Below, in pieces: positions 48,512-55,630 of a stretch of 56,047 nucleotides of DNA (position 1 is the first letter of the stretch; every line of letters starts with the position of its first letter). This stretch comes from an uncultured Lachnospiraceae bacterium (GTDB lineage: Bacteria; Bacillota; Clostridia; Lachnospirales; Lachnospiraceae): NCBI GenBank assembly GCA_905234525.1, contig CAJOIL010000004.1, positions 1-56,047 of the forward strand, written 5' to 3'. The position numbers and the translations under genes are program-made. The notes under the pieces are model-generated. The model made no database searches, had not been told where the DNA came from, and was given only the letters and a program-made list of their open reading frames with translations.

Positions 48512-49753
48512 ATGACAGCGAAGAATAAGAAGATACTGATCACCGGAATTGTATGTGTTGTAGCACTTGCACTCATTACATTTCTGATAATTCATTTTAC
48601 ATATTATAAATTCACATTTACATCAGAAGCAGGTCAGAACATATCTAACAATGACAAGATTGAAGTTGCATTAGGCAGTGGCGAATTGCCCAAGGTTACT
48701 GCAATATATACCGACCACACAGACAGCAAGAACGGCTCCGCTTGTGAGGTGACAACGGAAGGTTCATGCGATACAAACCATTTAGGCGACTATGCCGTAA
48801 CATACACCGCCACATATAACGGCAAATCCAAGTCAATAGACGTAACATATAAAGTCGTTGATAAGACTCCACCCGAGATAACACTTAACGGCGGCGAAGA
48901 AATAACATGGCCTCTTGACAAAGAATTCCAGGATCCGGGATACAGTGCCAATGACAATGTAGACGGCGATCTTACATCAAAGGTCGAGACAGAAAGTAAT
49001 GTTGACATACATACCGAAGGCACATATCAGATTACATATAAAGTATCTGATTCAGCCAAGAATGAAGCTACGGCTATTAGAAAGGTTAACGTTAAGAAGA
49101 TTGATGAACAACAGATAATTAATCCCGGCGATAAGGTTGTATACCTTACATTTGATGACGGACCGGGACCTTACACGCAGAAGCTGCTTGACATATTAGA
49201 CAAATACAATGTCAAAGTAACATTTTTCGTAACAAATGCATACCCCGGCCATGAATCACTTATAGCCGAAGAAGCAAAGCGTGGTCATACAGTAGCTATA
49301 CATACTTATTCTCACGCTTATGATAAAGTATATGCAAGCGATGATGCCTACTTTGCAGATCTTAATGCGATGAATGACATAATCAAGGCGCAAACAGGCA
49401 AAGAATCTAAGATAGTAAGATTCCCCGGCGGAAGCTCTAACACTGTAAGTAAGAAGTACAGCGAAGGAATTATGAGCAGACTGACTCAGGAATTAACAAA
49501 TCGCGGATATCTATATGCCGATTGGAACGTAACCAGCGGAGATGCCGGCGGTACGACAAGCACTGACCAGGTGGCTGCCAATGTAATAACAGGTATGCAA
49601 AAGAACAATGTGTCTACCGTATTACAGCATGACGTTAAGGATTATTCTGTTAATGCCGTAGAGCGAATTATACAGTGGGGACTTTCTAACGGATACAAGT
49701 TCTTGCCACTCACCGAGACCAGCCCGATGTATCATCATACGGTACAGAACTAG
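48512..49753 (+). CDS. Polysaccharide deacetylase (CE4 NodB domain) with an N-terminal TM anchor and Ig-like domains
   Basis: VYLTFDDGPGP (motif 1) and AIHTYSHAY (motif 2). The upstream repeated TYxVxD...T beta-domain pattern resembles bacterial Ig-like (DUF5011-type) modules. Confidence 0.88.
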   Translation: MTAKNKKILITGIVCVVALALITFLIIHFTYYKFTFTSEAGQNISNNDKIEVALGSGELPKVTAIYTDHTDSKNGSACEVTTEGSCDTNHLGDYAVTYTATYNGKSKSIDVTYKVVDKTPPEITLNGGEEITWPLDKEFQDPGYSANDNVDGDLTSKVETESNVDIHTEGTYQITYKVSDSAKNEATAIRKVNVKKIDEQQIINPGDKVVYLTFDDGPGPYTQKLLDILDKYNVKVTFFVTNAYPGHESLIAEEAKRGHTVAIHTYSHAYDKVYASDDAYFADLNAMNDIIKAQTGKESKIVRFPGGSSNTVSKKYSEGIMSRLTQELTNRGYLYADWNVTSGDAGGTTSTDQVAANVITGMQKNNVSTVLQHDVKDYSVNAVERIIQWGLSNGYKFLPLTETSPMYHHTVQN

Positions 49754-49937
49754 GACCAATAATTATTTATACAAATAAAGAACCCCCTCCCCAAAAAATA
49801 TTTTTGGGGCAAAGTGTCGTTATAGAGGGGGGGATATAGTGAAAAAAAACCAAAAACCTAGTTTTTTCCCTAAAAACTGTAAATGTCAACATAAAAATGC
49901 ATGAAAGTTACGAAATAAAAATGTAGTTTTATTACGA

Positions 49938-50466
49938 TTAATTTGAGTCCTCATTTTCCAGTAGCTCATAATAATACTTAGTTCTATATGATGGGCCAAC
50001 CATTTTTATCACGTGTGCGTAATGCAATAATCGATCTAATATAGCATTCGCAGCATCGGGTCCGAGAAAACCTCTCCCCATTTACTAAGTGACTGATTTG
50101 ATGTAATTATAGTAGGGTTGTGCTCATATCTTTTGGCTATAAGCAGGAAGAGAAGGTTCACACCTGTTTTATCAACCGGAAGGTATCCTATTTCATCAAT
50201 AATAAGTAGCTTATATTTTGCAAAGTGTTTCAGCCTTCTCTCAAGACGATTTTCATCGTATGCTTTCCTCAGCGTTTGTATTAAATCATGGCATGTAATA
50301 AAGTATGTAATTCTCCTCTTCTTGGCTGCTTCGATACCGATTGCAGTAGCAAGATGAGTTTTACCTGTTCCCGGTGTTCCGTAGAATAATATATTTTCTT
50401 TTTGCTCCATAAATCGTATTGAGAACAGGTCTTTGACTTCGGTTTTGCTTACATTGCAATGAATTT
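49938..50466 (-). pseudogene. istB: IS21-family IstB helper ATPase remnant, N-terminally truncated and frameshifted near the C-terminus
   Basis: Walker A GTPGTGKTHLA, Walker B LLIIDEIGYLP, and TSNQSLSKWGEVF. The conserved tail AANAILDRLLHYAHVIKMVGPSYR continues in a different frame (to the stop at 49938). About 100 N-terminal aa and the whole of istA are absent. Confidence 0.8.
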
Positions 50467-50944
50467 GATTAAATCTTCTATGTCACCTCTCATACTGGCA
50501 CACCTCCTTAAAAAGATGACATAATTATAAAAGAAAAGTGCTACCACAGAAAATGCATAAATTCCTACATTTCCATTTCGGAATTTTTCTACATTTCTAT
50601 GTTAGCATTTACAGGACGGTTTAATTTGTCAAAACAGACTGTGAGGACATATCTGTGTAGAATAGTATTAGATAATGTCGAAGATACAGACCGAGTATTA
50701 TGAGGCTGTAGATAAGTTGACGGATAAAAAGAATGAGATTGAGATTGCAGAAAAAGAGGCTGATAAGTGGCGCACATGCTACAATACATTCTGTATGTTC
50801 GTATGAAATTAAGCAGAATATATCATAGCAAAAACTGCAAAATCAGATTGACAGAACAGAACATATGTTCTAAAATAAAAGAACATAAAGTCCTGGACAA
50901 TTTGTAGTGCAAATGATAGAATTAAGAAGAAGGAGGAAACGATA

Positions 50945-52270
50945 ATGGCTTATGCAATAGATTTATTTTGTGGTGCTGGCGGTATGAGCGAAGGTCTTAT
51001 TCAAGCTGGATTTCATATTCTTTTCTCTAGTGACATTAATTCTGATGTTCAGCGAACATATATGAATAGACATAAGCAGTTGGGTTTACATCAAGGTGTA
51101 AATACACATTTTCATAGAGGAGATATCAGAGAACTGAATGGAGATATGATTCGTGAGGCTATTCAGAATTTAGAAATATTCAGAGGTCAAGATATTCCGG
51201 AAATAGATGCAATTTTTGGTGGACCACCTTGCCAAGGTTTTAGTAGGGCTGGTAGAAGAGACCCGAATGACCCTAGAAATATGTTATTCAGGGAATATTT
51301 AAGAGTTATTAGCGAAGTTAGACCTAAATATGTGGTATTGGAGAATGTAACAGGATTTACGGATACAAGATTTTATGGGTTTGTTGGTGTGACCGGTCAT
51401 CAGTATGAAGATGGTGAATTGGTGCCGGATATACTTCGTAATGAGTTTCGATTGATTGGTTATCAAACACTTGAACCAAGAATTTTAAATGCTGCACACT
51501 ATGGTGTGCCACAAAGAAGGAATAGAATAATAGTGATGGCGTATAGAAATGATAAGGTTGCACCAGTATATCCTGAAGCAATATATAATGATGAAAACGC
51601 TTTAACTATTACAGATGCAATAAGTGATTTGATTCGTGATGAAAATGTGCGGAATCAAGTGCATGCAGATAATACAGAATATCAAATTAGTTCAAGAGTT
51701 GGGCGCACACCTGACATTAACGGTAATCCCATTAACAGTAATGGTGATATACATAACAATGAGATATCCACACATCAGCAGATTATATCTGAAAGATTTG
51801 CGTTGTTTAGAGAAGGTGAGGATGGTGCTAGATTAAAAAAACGTGTAATGTCTGAAGGCATAGACATTGCTAATTCTCCTGCATTAATTGCCCATTGTGT
51901 TGAAAAAATGGGAATTGATGAACAAGCAGTTATTGAACTGTTTAGGGCTGGAAATGTGAGTAAAGAAGATGCAGATATTTTGCTCACGAAGAAGAATATC
52001 AGAACAAGATTGGATAGAACCAGACCATCGGCAACGGTCATGACTATAGCAGATGATTATATTTCTCCATTTGAACCGAGAACCTTTACAGTTAGAGAGT
52101 TGGCAAGAATGCAGTCATTTGATGATAGTTTTGAATTTTTAGGAAAAAGGACAACCGGCGGATTGAGAAGACGTGTAGAGGTTCCACAGTATTCACAAGT
52201 TGGAAATGCTGTACCGCCATTATTAGCTAGGGCGATAGCAACTGAAATAATGAGAGTTTTAGAAGTATAG
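50945..52270 (+). CDS. DNA (cytosine-5)-methyltransferase
   Basis: Motif I DLFCGAGG, motif IV GGPPCQGFS, motif VI ENV, motif VIII QRRNR, motif X GNAVPP. RBS AAGGAGGA. Confidence 0.95.
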   Translation: MAYAIDLFCGAGGMSEGLIQAGFHILFSSDINSDVQRTYMNRHKQLGLHQGVNTHFHRGDIRELNGDMIREAIQNLEIFRGQDIPEIDAIFGGPPCQGFSRAGRRDPNDPRNMLFREYLRVISEVRPKYVVLENVTGFTDTRFYGFVGVTGHQYEDGELVPDILRNEFRLIGYQTLEPRILNAAHYGVPQRRNRIIVMAYRNDKVAPVYPEAIYNDENALTITDAISDLIRDENVRNQVHADNTEYQISSRVGRTPDINGNPINSNGDIHNNEISTHQQIISERFALFREGEDGARLKKRVMSEGIDIANSPALIAHCVEKMGIDEQAVIELFRAGNVSKEDADILLTKKNIRTRLDRTRPSATVMTIADDYISPFEPRTFTVRELARMQSFDDSFEFLGKRTTGGLRRRVEVPQYSQVGNAVPPLLARAIATEIMRVLEV

Positions 52271-52277
52271 CAATTAT

Positions 52278-52317
52278 AAGGCAATCCGAATGCTTCGGGT
52301 TGCCTTGCGCTATTTTT
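52278..52317 (+). terminator. Strong hairpin plus T-run between the methyltransferase and nuclease genes
   Basis: AAGGCAATCCGAA-tgc-TTCGGGTTGCCTT (13 bp with one G-U pair), then gcgcta and TTTTT. Confidence 0.6.
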
Positions 52318-52337
52318 AGAGAAAGAAGAGTGAATTT

Positions 52338-53549
52338 ATGTTGAAAATGTCGGATACATCAATAAGAGGGGTTTTACCATTCTTTGCTAATGCAGGGTTG
52401 CAAGTAGCATTTTTGGTACCAACTCCAACCGGATATCAAAAGTCTATTATGGATGCCACATTGCCTTTAAGAGAAATGTTACAAGAAACTGGTATTCATA
52501 ATTATGTGGAGCAAAGACAAGGACCTGAACATAAGGAGTTGGTAAAAACATATTTTTTGGCACCGGACAGAATGATTGAAACAGAGGCTTCGCTGTATAG
52601 ACCTATAACGAAACAGGGAGATCCGAGAATATGGTTTTATAATCTGAAACAGTATTGTGTACCGTGCAATTTGTTAGCTATCTTAGCTAATAAAGGGAAA
52701 TTATATGTTCTTAATTTGTCAAATGCTGAAATAGTTGAATCAATGAATTCGGGTTTTATCAGTGAAATTATTCAGCAGTTTATTGATGACGATAATGCTA
52801 TTGCAAAAGAACTATTAGCAAAGATTCAGGAGATACATAATCGTGGCTTTTTGCCGAGTATTACAGTAGGAGATCCCGGTGTAGGAGATACTCTTGAGAA
52901 TGCTTTAGGCATATCAAGAAATCCTTCGAAATTACCAGATTATAAGGGAATCGAACTGAAGGCAAGTAGAACATCGACATATAATAAGCCAAAGACAAGT
53001 AACAGAGTGAATTTATTTACACAAGTTCCTGATTGGGCTAATAGTAGAGGTATGGATCGAGTGAAGCTTCTTGATACATATGGTTATTGGGCAGAGCAAA
53101 AAGATGGGTCTCAAAGATTTGATTTGAACTGTACATTACGTGCTAATGTGCCTAATCCACAGGGCTTATTTTTGGAAGTTGATTTGGATAATGATTTGCT
53201 AATAAATTATTACACCAAGGATGATGTAGTAAGACGGTATGTGGCGCAATGGAGTTTTATGTTGTTAAAGCAGAGACTATTAGAAAAACATAAAGAAACA
53301 TTTTGGGTAAAAGCTACGAGTAAGATAGAAAATGGACAGGAATATTTTAGATACGACAAAATTGTTCATACTAAAAATCCAAATGCAAGTTTATTTCCGC
53401 AGTTAATTGATGAAGGAATAATAACGGTAGATTATATAATGCATAGGAAGGAAAATGGAACAGTGAGAGATCATGGGTTCCCGTTTAAGATTTTCCCTAG
53501 AGATTTGGATTTGCTGTTCCCAGAGCCGAAGACTTATGAATTGACATAG
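52338..53549 (+). CDS. Putative type II restriction endonuclease: unassigned N-terminal domain plus a MutH/Sau3AI/MvaI-BcnI-like PD-(D/E)XK C-terminal domain
   Basis: GDTLENALGISRNPSKLPDYKGIELKASR matches the G-x-x-LE-x-x-LG...PD...G-x-E-x-K signature of the MutH-like nuclease clade. The gene sits immediately downstream of a C5-MTase. Confidence 0.6.
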   Translation: MLKMSDTSIRGVLPFFANAGLQVAFLVPTPTGYQKSIMDATLPLREMLQETGIHNYVEQRQGPEHKELVKTYFLAPDRMIETEASLYRPITKQGDPRIWFYNLKQYCVPCNLLAILANKGKLYVLNLSNAEIVESMNSGFISEIIQQFIDDDNAIAKELLAKIQEIHNRGFLPSITVGDPGVGDTLENALGISRNPSKLPDYKGIELKASRTSTYNKPKTSNRVNLFTQVPDWANSRGMDRVKLLDTYGYWAEQKDGSQRFDLNCTLRANVPNPQGLFLEVDLDNDLLINYYTKDDVVRRYVAQWSFMLLKQRLLEKHKETFWVKATSKIENGQEYFRYDKIVHTKNPNASLFPQLIDEGIITVDYIMHRKENGTVRDHGFPFKIFPRDLDLLFPEPKTYELT

Positions 53550-53612
53550 TTGCTTTCTTGTTGTGAAAATAATGAATTTTGAAGGTGAGCAAAATTATGA
53601 TAGGATGATGCT

Positions 53613-53881
53613 ATGGAAAAATATGATATATACTTCTGGGGAAATATAGAAGTAAGAATTACTAAACTTTATTTAGAACTTAATAAAGTTAAGATATGTG
53701 AAATTTGTAATAAACGAACACACATTGTAGATATGTGTGCATTGCAAAAAATATCGATGAAAATGATGAGGATTATATAGAATTAGTAAATACCTATATG
53801 GAGTCATATGTTATCGGATTAGAATTGATGGAAAAATTGCGTGTGTCTCAAATAGAACTTTATGAACAAATTATGGAATAG
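53613..53881 (+). pseudogene. Small ORF split by a frameshift at an A6 tract (55-aa frame 53613-53780; continuation frame ends at 53881)
   Basis: MEKYDIYFWGNIEV...CALQK stops 9 codons after the A-run at 53746-53751. The -1 frame continues IDENDEDYIELVNTYMESYVIGLELMEKLRVSQIELYEQIME*. Confidence 0.3.
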
Positions 53882-54123
53882 TGTTTGACGCAAAGCCAGA
53901 TGCAATGCCTTTTAATTATCGAATTAGTTATAAGGTTTCGTTGCTATGCTTGATTATAAAAATGTGCTGTGGGAGAAGAGGATGTTCTTTGATAAAGATG
54001 CATATTGTCGCAACAGCAATAGCAGATTTTGAATATAAGCGAAGATTAGAAAAATATATGAAAACACATATGGAAAATGAATTTGTTGTCCGTTTCGAAC
54101 CGGCAGTGAATCGGGCGATGTAG
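53881..54123 (+). CDS. Small hypothetical protein (80 aa, GTG start overlapping the preceding stop)
   Basis: TAGTG stop/start overlap with the upstream ORF. No recognisable motif, so coding status is uncertain. Confidence 0.25.
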   Translation: MFDAKPDAMPFNYRISYKVSLLCLIIKMCCGRRGCSLIKMHIVATAIADFEYKRRLEKYMKTHMENEFVVRFEPAVNRAM

Positions 54124-54200
54124 TTTGCATTAGCTGATGATATACTTTGGAGATAGGATATCACCCGAAGACCTAGAATGACCTAGCGTACTACATATGA

Positions 54201-54232
54201 CAAAGCAGGCTGCCTATTGACAGCCTGCTTTG
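54201..54232. terminator. Perfect 12-bp hairpin between convergent transcription units; no clear U-tract
   Basis: CAAAGCAGGCTG-cctattga-CAGCCTGCTTTG. Confidence 0.4.
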
Positions 54233-54303
54233 TGTGTGTCAGAATCAATAACTACAACAAAATTATTTACACTATCTACGGAAGAGGTTTTTGCTCTGAA
54301 TAA

Positions 54304-55530
54304 CTATAATAAATTCATCTCAACCCTGGCTATAATCTCCGGCAGTGCCCTAACAGAATTAACTGAGAAGCGCTGTCGTAACACATCTATTAACTCCTTC
54401 TTATCTGAATCCAGCATATTAATCGTCCCACAATAAATGCATAGCGCAGAATCAGCGACCTGCTGCGATACATAATCCTTCTGTATCAATATGCTATCTA
54501 TCAACAGAGAAATGTTAGAAAACACATCATTCCCATATGAAGTAAATGACAGCTGCTGCAACGAAGAAAACAATTCTATATCATCAAATTCCAGATCCGC
54601 TGTATATAAATCTTCCAGGTAGTGGTTAGCAATATCTACAAGAGCATTATTAATATATGTATAATTAACCACAAAGCCATCTTCATCATATCGTGTTGCC
54701 GGCACATTAATCGGAAATGTAGTTGCTCCTCTCGTGATAAACAAATTAATCGTATAGCTCTTCGTCGACTCCACAAAGCTACCAACAGACTCCGCAAACA
54801 CATATACATATCCTCTATCTCTACGAATCGGATTCCTCTTGGCGATTCCCCTCTTATGATTCTCATGAAATGACACAATTACTTCTTCACCACGAGTTGC
54901 ATCAACCTTAATATATACCGATATACGATAATAATTATCGAGGACGCATATCGCATTATCAAACTTCTCTTGCGACGCCATCTCAACAATCATAAAAGGC
55001 TGTATATTAGAGAGATATCTCTTAACATAAGTAAGCGCATCCAATCCGATATACTCAAGATACTTAATCAAATGCAGATTATTACCGGATACATGCTCGC
55101 TCATATCAAGCCTTATCCTGTCAAGCCTGGCAAGACGACGTAGCTTATACGCCAACTGCTTTTGCCTAATTAATTCTGTGTCAGGAATAAATGTGTTACC
55201 ATCACCCTTAGTCGCAATAATCTCTCTACTCCCTTGTACAGACGCAAGCCCCTTCACATACTGTATAATCCGCCTCCTAATATCTTCCGGCGCAGTTCGG
55301 TAGATATCAAGAATTATCTGTTCGTCTAAGGTTGATTCCTCACTGATTAGCTCAGATACCGACACACCAAGTGCACTCGCAATACAAGAAAGCTTCTCAG
55401 CACCGGGTGTATTACCCTTCTTCTTCCAATCACTTATTGTACTCTCCGGAATATGGGTTCTCTTAGACAATTCCTTCTGAGTCATCCCCCTGTTTGACAT
55501 TATATTAAATATATTATCTGTAATGCTCAT
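54304..55530 (-). CDS. XRE-family HTH protein (408 aa) with a large C-terminal extension; the middle region is MqsR-toxin-like by pattern
   Basis: The N-terminal 65 aa form a classic HTH_3 (MTQKELSKRTHIPESTISDWKKKGNTPGAEKLSCIASALGVSVSELI). Residues ~150-235 (..YIGLDALTYVKRYL..YYRISVYIKVDATRGEEVIVSFHENHK) resemble MqsR (..ELGLDFDGMCNVI..GQVYLKITVIHDVLIVSFKEK). RBS AAGGAGAG. Confidence 0.7.
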   Translation of the reverse strand: MSITDNIFNIMSNRGMTQKELSKRTHIPESTISDWKKKGNTPGAEKLSCIASALGVSVSELISEESTLDEQIILDIYRTAPEDIRRRIIQYVKGLASVQGSREIIATKGDGNTFIPDTELIRQKQLAYKLRRLARLDRIRLDMSEHVSGNNLHLIKYLEYIGLDALTYVKRYLSNIQPFMIVEMASQEKFDNAICVLDNYYRISVYIKVDATRGEEVIVSFHENHKRGIAKRNPIRRDRGYVYVFAESVGSFVESTKSYTINLFITRGATTFPINVPATRYDEDGFVVNYTYINNALVDIANHYLEDLYTADLEFDDIELFSSLQQLSFTSYGNDVFSNISLLIDSILIQKDYVSQQVADSALCIYCGTINMLDSDKKELIDVLRQRFSVNSVRALPEIIARVEMNLL

Positions 55531-55541
55531 ACGCTCTCCTT

Positions 55542-55557
55542 ATCCGTAATTACGGAT
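55542..55557. promoter_or_regulatory. Operator candidate O1: perfect 16-bp palindrome ATCCGTAATTACGGAT adjacent to the RBS of the HTH gene
   Basis: Verified self-complementary by hand. It shares ATCCGTA-NN-TACGGAT with O2. Confidence 0.6.
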
Positions 55558-55568
55558 TATGCTTGTGT

Positions 55569-55594
55569 AAAAAATGCGCCCTAGACGCATTTTT
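55569..55594 (-). terminator. Rho-independent terminator of fliS
   Basis: Minus strand: AAAAAUGCG-ucuaggg-CGCAUUUUUU. Confidence 0.7.
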
Positions 55595-55623
55595 ATAATA
55601 ATCCGTATATACGGATATGTCAA
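55595..55623 (-). promoter_or_regulatory. Sigma-A promoter of the HTH gene, with operator O2 (55601-55616, ATCCGTATATACGGAT) filling the spacer
   Basis: Minus strand: TTGACA (55623-55618), a 17-nt spacer that is the palindrome plus 1 nt, then TATTAT (55600-55595). Confidence 0.6.
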
Positions 55624-55630
55624 GACATAA

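Noticed and set aside
48364-48576. 70-aa minus-strand ORF upstream of the MBOAT gene.
   Set aside because: It overlaps the CE4 gene start and the divergent promoter region, and it has no RBS and no recognisable motif.
50589-50789. 66-aa minus-strand ORF in the island.
   Set aside because: It has no RBS and odd composition, and it overlaps a more plausible but still doubtful 43-aa plus-strand ORF at 50675-50806 (MSKIQTEYYEAVDKLTDKKNEIEIAEKEADKW...). That ORF looks like a coiled-coil fragment of a larger lost gene. Neither is reportable as a gene.
49761-54273. 13-nt imperfect direct repeat (AATTATTTATACA / AATTATTTACACT) as att-like island borders.
   Set aside because: A 12/13 match made only of A/T-rich sequence is easily expected by chance in this DNA. 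It is mentioned under the island finding but not called as a feature.
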